A DNA stretch of 37,808 nucleotides, from the NCBI RefSeq assembly GCF_001194135.2, contig NC_068981.1, forward strand, positions 10,224,241 through 10,262,048. Direction: 5' to 3'. The notes under the pieces were generated by a model that saw nothing but the letters and a program-made list of their open reading frames with translations, had not been told where the DNA came from and made no database searches. Source of the stretch: Octopus bimaculoides (taxonomy: Eukaryota). Positions 12,414 through 22,860 of this stretch are shown here, one piece after another. Made by a program: the position numbers and the translations under genes. Numbering within the stretch: the first letter of the stretch is position 1; each line of letters starts with the position of its first letter.

Positions 12414-12622
12414 GAAAAGTGCCATAATTAATTTTGTTGAACGATACTTAGGTATCTCGTGTACCTTCAACGGGTTGAAAATTTGATGTCAGACTACTTC
12501 ATTTTTTATAGATAATATTAGGATTGCTATGACGCGAGATACCGAAATATCGTTCAACAAATTTAGTTATGGCACTCTTCTTTTTTATTTACTTATTCCT
12601 TCCAGAGGAGTCATAGCAGCCC

Positions 12623-12661
<39 letters not shown>

Positions 12662-12707
12662 CAATAATAATAACAATAATGAAATGTTTGTTCCTTTTCT
12701 CCGACAG

Positions 12708-12859
12708 ATCGTTGTTATTGGTTTGCACTTGATCCGCACAATATTGCAGAATCGTTGTTTGCTATTGCTAATGTGATAAGCTTTACACGTGTATCATATG
12801 TTCTACCAGCGAATGAACATTTTGGACCCATGCAAATATCATTGGGGAAAATGATAGGG
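12708..12859 (+). CDS. TRPC-family channel exon A (S4 and S4-S5 linker); first exon visible in window
   Basis: Acceptor ttccttttctccgacag|, donor GGG|gtatgt. 152 nt (2+150) reads xRCYWFALDPHNIAESLFAIANVISFTRVSYVLPANEHFGPMQISLGKMIG, matching the TRPC motif DP..I.E.L.AIA.V.SF.R..Y.LPANE.FGP.QISLG. Not in the ORF track. Confidence 0.95.
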
Positions 12860-13725
12860 GTATGTATATACAAATCTATCTCTAGCGTCCTTTGACACAA
12901 TATTAAAAAAAAAAAACTATTCTTGTTTCAGTTGGGGGAGGGGCTATTTATGTTAATTTTGAAATTCATTCTAATGCTAAGGCGTCTTTCAATCTGAAAG
13001 TTATTCTTTAGATTTTTAGAGTTTAAAATTTTACTGATTCTTTTGAATGTCTGTTTTGACGTTCAATTCATACTTTTGTTTTATTGGACGATTTTGTTAA
13101 TGTCATGATTGTTTGCGATAAATCACTCAGTTCTTCATATCTTTAGACATCTATATCTTTCTTTAATCATTCATGTTTTTCATTATTTAATAAGGTATTC
13201 CGGGAAGCTTATATTTAGATCCCGTTAAAGATCTTAATGCACTTTTTCTTGTACGGTCTTTTCGCGTATCTTAAGTGATAAAGTTTTCTTTTAATATTAA
13301 CTTTTCCTTAATATATCGATATTATTTATTGAATATTTAGTATAACTCATACTGTACATCATACTATATTTCTTTTAGTCCTACTTAATTAGATCTCTGG
13401 GTTTTTTCACCACATTTATAGAATTTATTTTATATGAGAATATTATTTATATCAATCATTAGAGATTAAAGAGCGATTAGCCTAATATAAAAATAATTTT
13501 AAATCAGAAATAATACATTTCTAAATCTCTCAGAGAGATTGATGCAGTAGTGATACGATGAAGTAGTTGTATGCTGTCAACTTAATGTGACAGTCCCCTA
13601 AAGGGAATAATACTACTGTTGGTTAGACCTAGGAAGCTGCACCGCTTCCTGTCGGCCTTGACACATTTCCTGTGTCCTTATGTTTAAAAGGGAGAAACAA
13701 GCACCTCCACCCAGCTAAGCCTGCA

Positions 13726-13768
13726 TCCAGAGACATGTTTCTGAGTCTTTGCTCGTCATCAGTCTGGA
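13726..13768 (-). ncRNA. Identical hammerhead ribozyme motif on the minus strand
   Basis: Exact reverse complement of 13945-13987. Confidence 0.8.
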
Positions 13769-13944
13769 GTAGCATGACTTGCTAGTCGAAGATGCCTGTC
13801 AGGCTCTCGTAAACATTTAATAATTCTAGGGAAATACATTCACTGATTTCAAATTTAGAAATAATACATTTCTAAATCTCTCGCTAGAATTATTATATGT
13901 TTACAAGAGCTTGACAGGCATCTTCGACTAGCAGGTCGTGCTAC

Positions 13945-13987
13945 TCCAGACTGATGACGAGCAAAGACTCAGAAACATGTCTCTGGA
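13945..13987 (+). ncRNA. Minimal type I hammerhead ribozyme motif (Penelope-associated type)
   Basis: TCCAGA-CTGATGA-C-GAG(CAAAGA)CTC-A-GAAA-CATGT-C-TCTGGA. Stem I TCCAGA/TCTGGA is perfect, the CUGAUGA and GAAA cores are intact, stem III is the palindrome ACAUGU, and the cleavage triplet is GUC (cut after 13981). The C.A pair at the base of stem II is non-canonical. Confidence 0.8.
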
Positions 13988-14807
13988 TGCAGGCTTAGCT
14001 GGGTGGAGGTGCTTGTTTCTCCCTTTTAAACATAAAGACACAGGAAATGTGTCAAGGCCGACAGGAAGAGGTTTTTTAGGAGTGTTTTGTTGTTCTTTAA
14101 TTATTTATTCATGTTAATTTAGCCTCCAGATAGATTAAATCCTTCCTCAAAGTTTTTGCTTTCTTATATAAATTTAAATGCAAAATATTGATATATTTTC
14201 CAATATTTCAATTATTTGGAATTTCATTTAGAATTCTTTTTCAGGTCATTTCATCCGGTTCTAACTTTCGGTAACATCTTAGAACATTGTTTGTTACATT
14301 TTAAGTATTCATTTGGCATTTATTCATATTTTCCTCTATTTTTCTCTCTTTAGCACAACTAATAGATCTCCAGGTTTGTATGCTAATCATAAGCTGGATG
14401 GATAGAATTTCAAAATATTTACGAAGCCTTTAAATAAAGCCGGATATTGACATCAACCTAAATTGTACATTGGTCCTAACACTTAAAATTTTCCATTATA
14501 TCTTTACAAATTTGTATTAATCTGTAAAACTTACATTTTTCCCCTCATTTGTTTCATTTTTAAACAGTTCTTGAAAATATTAGATTAGGTTTTGAATTTC
14601 TTTAATTTTAAATTAATCTTTACTTTTACAAACAAGAATTAAATTTTGTTTGCATATGTTAATTTGTTGCCATCTTTTTTTATTGACACATTCTGGAAAT
14701 GTTTTATTATTGCACAAATATATGAATATGTTTTGTGTGTGTGTATTTGAGCTTCATATTAGTTATATATTGTATATAAATATACAAGTATTTTAACCAT
14801 CCATGTG

Positions 14808-14885
<78 letters not shown>

Positions 14886-15155
14886 TGTGTGTGTGTGTTT
14901 TAAGATTTTGGAAATGTTTTATTATTGCGCAAATATGAATATATGTATGTATGTGTGTAGATGTTTGAGTTTCATATTTGTATATATATATACAGGTATT
15001 TTAACCATCCACGTGTGTGCTTACAGATTTTGAAAACGTTTTTATTATTGGACAAATATAAAAGTATGTGTACGTTTGCTTGAATTTAATATCTTTTATA
15101 TGATGAATGTAAATATATTTTTATAGATACGAAAACTTACATTTACTATTTTTAG

Positions 15156-15304
15156 GACATTATAAAGTTTGCTGTAATTATAAGTGTCGTTATATTCGCT
15201 TTTATGGTGGGTTTATACAACCTATATTGGTACTACAGCATCCGTAAAATAGTTGAGATAAGAGACCATAACGTCAAACCACAAGCTCAGAAATTCTTTG
15301 GCAA
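15156..15304 (+). CDS. TRPC-family channel exon B (S5)
   Basis: tttttag| ... GGCAA|gtgagt; 149 nt, phase 0 to 2. DIIKFAVIISVVIFAFMVGLYNLYWYYSIRKIVEIRDHNVKPQAQKFFG resembles TRPC DI.KF......V..AF..G..NLY.YY. Confidence 0.93.
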
Positions 15305-15757
15305 GTGAGTATTAAATGGTTGTTTGTTTGTGTTTGGATTTTTTTTTTCCATTTCTAATGATCATCTTTTACATTTTCAACACTTTCTACCAATAAAACA
15401 AGCAAAAATCTCGATTAAACCAGTCTATTGGGTTATTTTCACAAACGTGTTATTTTCTAAGATGTATAAAACATGTTTTGACGTATTTATTTGCATGAGA
15501 AAATATAATTGAAGTTGTTTCATGTTCTTTTTATTTTACTTAAATGTTTACTTTCGTCTGATTCTTTGTGAGTTATTCTCTTTTTTTTTTATATTTCCAC
15601 TTAAATATTTCCTTTAGATTGGTTACTTTTTTTCTATTGAATTTCGTTTCGTTTCTAATAATTTTTCATTCCACGCTTTACGTAGAAAGAAAAACACATA
15701 ATAAAACAAATAATGATAATAATAATGATAATAATAATGATGATAATAATGATGATG

Positions 15758-15790
<33 letters not shown>

Positions 15791-16764
15791 CAATCCCGGC
15801 TTTAATTAATACTTTGAAATTTAGTTGCTTCTTCCATGAAAATTTTCTTACAGTTTATTTCGAGAACGTTAAACAAAACACTTCATGTTTAGTATTTTAA
15901 CCATAGTTTTAATGATACATTGAAATTCAGTAAATATCCGTCTTTGTTTTTATTGCTGTCATTGTTATTGTGGCACTACTGCTTCCTTTAATAGAATCTG
16001 GGTGAAAATTAGTAGATACCACACAAAACAATACTAAATAAACCTCTTTATCAATGAGAGCATTCGATTTGTTTCTCAAAACTATTCTCGCATTTTTACA
16101 TAATTTTCTATTTATTCCATTGTATTCCTCCTACGAAAATTTGTTTATAGTCATTTTTTGTTTTTTCGGTTATTTGCCACCTGTTTTGTATACAAGCATT
16201 TCCAATGTTTTCCTTCTAACAACTACAATCTCCAGTTAATTTGTTCCATACTCTTTCACCTATGAACGTGTGTAGCGTTAAAATATAAACACCTTCTCGA
16301 AATATTTTTTGTCTGCGAACAATGCCCTTAATGTTTTTGAAAATTCTAGCTATTCTATGAATATGTGAAAACATGACATAAATAATTAACGCAGCTTTGA
16401 AATAACGTTTCTTTTTCTTTTGGGTTTGCAAGATTCTTGGTGTGAAATCGTGTATTGAAACAGATATTGTTTTTTCTTCGAAGGGTCATTTTACTAATAA
16501 GAAACACACATACTGGTTATATTTCACTTTAACTACTTAACCAATTATTCTGTTAACTAATTGGTTGTTCGATTAATTGTTTGATAGACCAATCAATTAA
16601 TTGGTTTTTCAAACTATTTTCGTCGCCATTCTCAATCTTATCAATGAGTTGCTCTATTTCTCACCTAAATATTTAATATCAAAATTGTTCAATGTAACTT
16701 CGCTATTCATTTCTTTGTTGTGTACTATGACATTAACAGTGACATATTCTCCAAACTTTATCAA

Positions 16765-16810
16765 TCACCTGATGAAGTCTGGTGGGTACATCAGCCGAAA
16801 CGTTGTGTTA
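16765..16810 (+). ncRNA. Degenerate hammerhead-like motif in a Penelope-type terminal repeat
   Basis: cac-CTGATGA-A-GTCTGG..TCAGCC-GAAA-CGT-T-gtg; stem III is the palindrome ACGU, stem II has one mismatch, stem I has only 3 clear base pairs. Confidence 0.55.
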
Positions 16811-16937
16811 ACAAACAAGTTGAGGACAAATATCCGTCAAATGTAAATAACGTACATAACTCTTCATCTCTTAAATATAGAACTGTACAATCAACACTAT
16901 TACATGGTGACTGCTTCTTGCTTCTTTTCTTTGCTAG

Positions 16938-17136
16938 CTTGGACAATACGTTTCGGACAGTGTTCTGGTCCTTGTTTGGCAAAGGCGAGGCCTCAGTCGT
17001 TGAGCTAGATGGCTTTAGTCATTATTTTACCCGCAATGTAGGTTACTGGATTTTCGGTGCATATAACATTAGTACTGTGATCGTGCTTTTAAACATGCTC
17101 ATAGCAATGATGACAAGGTCATTCGAATGTATCCAG
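16938..17136 (+). CDS. TRPC-family channel exon C (pore helix, filter, S6)
   Basis: ttttctttgctag| ... CAG|gtaagt; 199 nt (1+198). LDNTFRTVFWSLFGKGEASVVELDGFSHYFTRNVGYWIFGAYNISTVIVLLNMLIAMMTRSFECIQ contains the FWS.FG pore motif and the LLNMLIAM gate. Confidence 0.96.
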
Positions 17137-17186
17137 GTAAGTACACACACCAGCTCTATCACTCATTCTGTCTGGCAGTTTATCTT

Positions 17187-17246
<60 letters not shown>

Positions 17247-17632
17247 ACTTCTGCGACTTTATTTCAATATGTTCTCTATGAATGTTCTTCTTCCTCTTCT
17301 TTTGCCATATTCCCTCTTTGCTGTATAATAAAATACATTTTATTGTATGTGTGTGTGTGTTGTGCGTGTATGTGTGTGTATTTACATTGACGTCAAATAT
17401 TTCTTAGTATTCATGATATAAAGATGTACACATCTAATTTGAGATGAAATGTGAAACCATTGTTTCTTTATATGGGTTCAATTTATGTGTAGTGTGTTTA
17501 CTCTGTCCTAGACTAGTGTTGTAAGTCTGTACACACACACACATACTCGTGTTTATACACCATACACAGACATATGCGTACATACATAAATGCAAGTAAA
17601 TATCTTTTACGTGTACACATACACACACACAC

Positions 17633-17674
<42 letters not shown>

Positions 17675-18139
17675 TAGGAACGTAACCTTCATAGAAGCAT
17701 AGTTACTTTTAAACGATAAGGAGTCGAGCACATTCTTGAAAAGATGAAAATCAATACAGTTGATATTGAAAAGTCTACATGCATTCATACATAGTTGAAA
17801 TTTATAGAAAAACAAAAGACGAAGACAGGTGTATGAACAACAAACAAGTGTATTAGTTTGACGCTCGGGAAAAATGAAAAAGTATTTTTATGTTTCGAGC
17901 TTACGCTCTTCAACAGAAAGGAATAAGAGAAAATAAGAAAGAACAATGAAATTGATTCTGAGTCTTCAAATATAATTGATTTGTGGCGGTACAGTGAAAA
18001 TTTATTAAACATTCCAGGTATTCTTCATTTAAGATTCGCGGAATGGAAAAGTGCGCACAATCGTATGTGCATATGGAATGTGCCCGTGTAAAAGAGGAAT
18101 GAAACATACTTGTATATTGGTTTCAAATTTTGACACAAA

Positions 18140-18395
18140 GTCAGCAATTTTGGCGAAGGGGCTAAGTCGATTACATCGACCCCAGTGCTCAACAAGTACT
18201 TATTTTATCGACTCCAGTGTTCAACAGGTACTTATTTTATCGACCCCAATGCTCAACAGGTACTTATTTTCTCGACCCCGAAAGGATGAATGACAAAGTC
18301 AATCTCGGCGGAATTTGAACTCAGAACGAGAAGTCGGACGAAATGCTGCTAAATATTTCGCCCGGTGCAGCAACAATTCTGCCAGCTCGCTGCCT
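18140..18395 (-). mobile_element. SINE family A with internal 3x32-bp tandem duplication
   Basis: Family A sequence; repeat units at 18175, 18207 and 18239. Confidence 0.8.
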
Positions 18396-18616
18396 TGATA
18401 TTCTTATATATTAAAAGGACATGCACATCTAGTATGTGAGTGCTTGTGTACACGCGCGCACATACCTACATATATGCACACACTAAATCATTCACATAAC
18501 TAATCACTGGAACTGTTTTGTTTCAAATAAAAAACTGTCACTATTTTAGTAATCGACTTTAATTCTACGAAGACAAAGTTAAATACATCTCAAAGGAATA
18601 CATACACACATGTACG

Positions 18617-18648
<32 letters not shown>

Positions 18649-18844
18649 CATGTGTGTGTATATATATATATATATGTGTATGTATATGTGTATATATATA
18701 TGTGTGTGCGTATGTGTATATATATGTGCGTGTGTGTATATGTGTGTATATATATATATGTGTGTGTGTATGTGTGAGTGTGTATATATATACACATGTG
18801 TGTGTATATATATATGCACATATATGTGCGCATATATATATACA

Positions 18845-18896
<52 letters not shown>

Positions 18897-19017
18897 TTCA
18901 ATTATAACATAACAGTGAGCAGTGGAGATGAAAATATCCATATACCTTAATATTGAATTCTTGCTTTTATTAATGATTATATAACTGTTATATAATCGTA
19001 TTTTATTTATTTTTCAG

Positions 19018-19248
19018 ACGGAAGCGGATACTGAATGGAAATTTGCTCGCAGTAAGCTTTACATGGAATACATCCAAGAGGACTGTACTCTACCGGTGCC
19101 ATTTAACATTATACCAAGTTTCAAATCTATTTTCTATATTTTGCGATTCTTTTACCGTCTTTTTGTTAAAAAAGAAGAATCTGGTATGGTAAGACATCCC
19201 GGTCGAATAAAAGACGTTGAGCTTTATGCAATGCCAAGTGGACGTCGG
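19018..19248 (+). CDS. TRPC-family channel exon D (TRP box); 3' end ambiguous, 19188 or 19248
   Basis: ttttatttatttttcag|ACG GAA GCG GAT ACT GAA TGG AAA TTT GCT CGC gives [34 protein letters not shown] (EWKFAR box, LPVPFN). Two in-frame phase-0 donors: ATG|gtaaga and CGG|gtcagt. Confidence 0.93.
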
Positions 19249-19924
19249 GTCAGTACTGTTTTCCTATCTATTATTCCTTCATTATATAAAATTTCATGTA
19301 TTTTGAGTTTGCTTCTTGCTAAAGAATTGATATTACTAAATTATAAAATTAATATCCGATAATACGTGAGAAAGGTGGGGGTTCCTTTTCTTAATTTCTA
19401 AATGATACCTGGTCGAAATTTGCTGTAGGAATTTTGCCTGCGGGATGGGTTTTTCCAGAAATATATTGTTGATTGTCAAAGTCAATTAAAGGTTTCTAAC
19501 GTAAGAAGGTCACATATTTTGGGAGAGCGTGCGGTCGAATTAATTAATACCAGTGACTGAAAAGTATTTTGTTTTATAGACACACAAAACTGAAAGGCAA
19601 GTCACTCTCCGTGAAATTTTAGGTGAGAGCATAAAGAGACGTAACATAAGTCTACAAAAAATTTTGTTCGTCGCTCTACTGGTTCTATTATCCACTACTT
19701 TTTGTGTCAGTTGATGAAACGGGACGCTGAGCTGAAATATTAGGGGTGTCATGGAGGGGGTGTCATGAAGGGGGGTTGCTACTCTCATAACGGTTGATTG
19801 TGATTCGAATTAATAGTTTCACAGTTAAGATTAACTGACATAATACTCTTTATTATCGTTGCAAAAGAGTAACTTAGATATTCGTAGCTTCAATGAGTCT
19901 TCCATATAAGTGTGTGTGAGTTTA

Positions 19925-20340
19925 TCATTAACTGGCAGACTCGTTTGCATGTCTGGCAAAATACTCATCGGCATGTCTTCCCGCTCTTTATGTTCTGAGT
20001 TCAAATCCTGCTAAGGTCGAATTTGCCTTTCATCCTTTCGGAGTCGATAAAAAAAGCAGCGATCAAGTAATGGAGTCGATGTAATCGACTAATACCCTCC
20101 CCATGAAATTACTGGCCTTGATTCAAAATTTTGAAACTATTGGTAATATCCTACTAATGAGGCAGCGAGCTAGCAGAATCGTTAACACGCCGGACAAAAT
20201 ACTTAGCAGCATTTCGTCCCGTCTTCACGTCTAAGTTCGACTTAGCCGTTCATTCTCGGAGTCGATAAAATAACAACCAGTTGAACACTGGGGTCGATGT
20301 AATCGACGAGCCCTCTCCCACCAAAATTTCAGGCCTTGAA
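19925..20340 (+). mobile_element. Two tandem SINE family A copies (about 19925-20125 and 20160-20340)
   Basis: Family A similarity; boundaries approximate. Confidence 0.75.
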
Positions 20341-20588
20341 AGGGCTATTAAAAGGAGCAACACAGGTCTTCTTCGTTGACTTTGCATCACAAATATACAT
20401 TTTCTTCTTTCACTTACTTAACGTTATAATATTGAAGCAATGTTATTAGAGATAGTGAAGAATGTATTCTACGTAGCAATGAAATAACTTCCAAAATTCC
20501 ATTCCTCAACCACAGCAAGAATCTAAAATGTCAAATGAGATCTGAAGCTATTAATTGTTTTCTCTTTCTCTCTTCCTCCCTCTTGCAG

Positions 20589-20741
20589 CAAGGTATCACC
20601 CAGTTAGATGCAAGTGCTTGGGAAACTGATTCACCTCACCTGAAGGGAATCAAACATTTCCAAGAGAGAATGTCGACGACAAATGGCTTTGTGCGGAACG
20701 ATTCAGACCCTTCGATATGTTCCCAAAAGCTTACTTATCAG
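20589..20741 (+). CDS. TRPC-family channel exon E (linker before rib helix)
   Basis: Long pyrimidine tract tctctttctctcttcctccctcttgcag|, donor CAG|gtacag; 153 nt, phase 0/0, open. Ends ...QKLTYQ, which joins RVMKRIVKRY like the TRPC ..YQ.IMKRL.KRY motif. Confidence 0.8.
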
Positions 20742-20829
20742 GTACAGTTATTCACCAATTTCATTACATACAACTGATATTTTCAGAGTAACAACTGAAA
20801 CAACATATTATCTAGCAGTATTATACACG

Positions 20830-20883
<54 letters not shown>

Positions 20884-22417
20884 CATATGCACATATATAC
20901 ATACACATATACACTCATATATACACACACATATACTCATATATACTCATATATACACACACATATACTCATATACACACACATATACTCATATATACAC
21001 ACACATATANNNNNNNNNNNNNNNNNNNNNNNNNNNNNNNNNNNNNNNNNNNNNNNNNNNNNNNNNNNNNNNNNNNNNNNNNNNNNNNNNNNNNNNNNNN
21101 NNNNNNNNNNNNNNNNNNNNNNNNNNNNNNNNNNNNNNNNNNNNNNNNNNNNNNNNNNNNNNNNNNNNNNNNNNNNNNNNNNNNNNNNNNNNNNNNNNNN
21201 NNNNNNNNNNNNNNNNNNNNNNNNNNNNNNNNNNNNNNNNNNNNNNNNNNNNNNNNNNNNNNNNNNNNNNNNNNNNNNNNNNNNNNNNNNNNNNNNNNNN
21301 NNNNNNNNNNNNNNNNNNNNNNNNNNNNNNNNNNNNNNNNNNNNNNNNNNNNNNNNNNNNNNNNNNNNNNNNNNNNNNNNNNNNNNNNNNNNNNNNNNNN
21401 NNNNNNNNNNNNNNNNNNNNNNNNNNNNNNNNNNNNNNNNNNNNNNNNNNNNNNNNNNNNNNNNNNNNNNNNNNNNNNNNNNNNNNNNNNNNNNNNNNNN
21501 NNNNNNNNNNNNNNNNNNNNNNNNNNNNNNNNNNNNNNNNNNNNNNNNNNNNNNNNNNNNNNNNNNNNNNNNNNNNNNNNNNNNNNNNNNNNNNNNNNNN
21601 NNNNNNNNNNNNNNNNNNNNNNNNNNNNNNNNNNNNNNNNNNNNNNNNNNNNNNNNNNNNNNNNNNNNNNNNNNNNNNNNNNNNNNNNNNNNNNNNNNNN
21701 NNNNNNNNNNNNNNNNNNNNNNNNNNNNNNNNNNNNNNNTATACGTACGGGTATGTGCGTACCGACATCCACCTGTATGTATAGGTGCATATCTGGGTAC
21801 AGGACATTGCAAACAAAACGTAGACGAGAAAACACACAAGCCACATAGAGAACATTCTTCTTCATCAGCTACCCCCGTTTTAACACCGGCGTTTCGAAGA
21901 GCTGGGCAGGACGCATCGTTAAAACGGCTCTTCCCATGGACCGCAAATTAAATTTGTATACACAAATTAAATCTTGCCATGGAGGAATGTAGTGGCGGAC
22001 AAAAAACAAAACAGGAAAACAAACAGAAAAGGCTTTACGGCCAGACGAGAAAAATTATATATATATATATATATGTATGTATATATATCGCTTAGACCTA
22101 GCTGTACTAAAAGCCTGGTGTTAGTACTCAGTGTACATATGCTTCAAAGAAAGGCGTTACAGAAAGCACTCGCCTGTGAGTGCATTGCATCTTAACGCAA
22201 TAGCAATTGTATGGTAATGAAGTTCATCACATAATTTCTATATCCTTTTTCATTTATATAATCCCTATGTGTGTGTGTGTATGTATGTGTGTGTTTGTAA
22301 CTTTTACAATCAACGTTATAAGCCTATGAGAGTTACTTCAAGCATTGGGTGCAAAATTTAAAAGAAGTTTACTTCGTTTTGACCAAATTCAGCTAAGATA
22401 AAACAATTTGTGTCGGA

Positions 22418-22459
<42 letters not shown>

Positions 22460-22462
<3 letters not shown>

Positions 22463-22860
22463 GGACGTGCCACCTGGGTAGGCAAGGTAGGCAGTGCCTA
22501 CTCTGTATAAAATAGATCGATAGTAATATTTTCCTTTTATGGTAAAATATGCATCCAATTCAATAAAATCATGAAGATTACTCTAATTATTATGCATAAA
22601 ATACATTTTTTTCTTTTGTGGATTAGGTAGGCATAATTCACCCCTGCCTTCCAATTTCAGTATTGAAGCCACACATAGTATTGTTGTAGTGCACGTGCTG
22701 TGTCCATTCTTACAACAACGTTTTCTTTACGCACTATAAAGGCAGAAGTAGATCTGCCTCCAGCTCAGTCGCGTGCCTGTGTTTCGCTTATTTTGTGTGT
22801 GTGCTTTACTACATAAACGTCACCAACTGCCTACCCTGAGTAATTACTGACGGCCCGTGC
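22460..22860. mobile_element. Possible old TIR element
   Basis: Left end CAGGGACGTGCC...GGGTAGGCA, right end TGCCTACCC...GACGGCCCGTG; no clear TSD. Confidence 0.3.

Larger units (their letters stand above)
13645..14068. mobile_element. Inverted pair of 185-bp Penelope pLTR-like repeats (13645-13829 and 13884-14068)
   Basis: Hand alignment gives 6 mismatches in 185 bp with a 54-bp spacer; each arm carries a hammerhead motif. PLE origin is inferred from the ribozyme type. Confidence 0.75.

Noticed and set aside
1-12707. Upstream TRPC exons (ankyrin repeats, S1-S3)
   Set aside because: No WN..D-type S3 exon with valid splice sites was found; the FWNIL match near 6975 is closed by a stop and lies antisense to the Penelope relic.
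12960-13490. Possible decayed LINE RT fragments on the minus strand here and at 14100-14700
   Set aside because: Only short, low-complexity motif resemblances; not supportable without profile searches.
16720-17328. 202-aa ORF as a single gene
   Set aside because: Only 16938-17136 is TRPC-like and bounded by splice sites; the rest is intron read-through (repeat and (CT)n).
18175-18270. CRISPR-like regular repeats
   Set aside because: No spacers, eukaryotic context, and explained as a SINE-internal tandem duplication.
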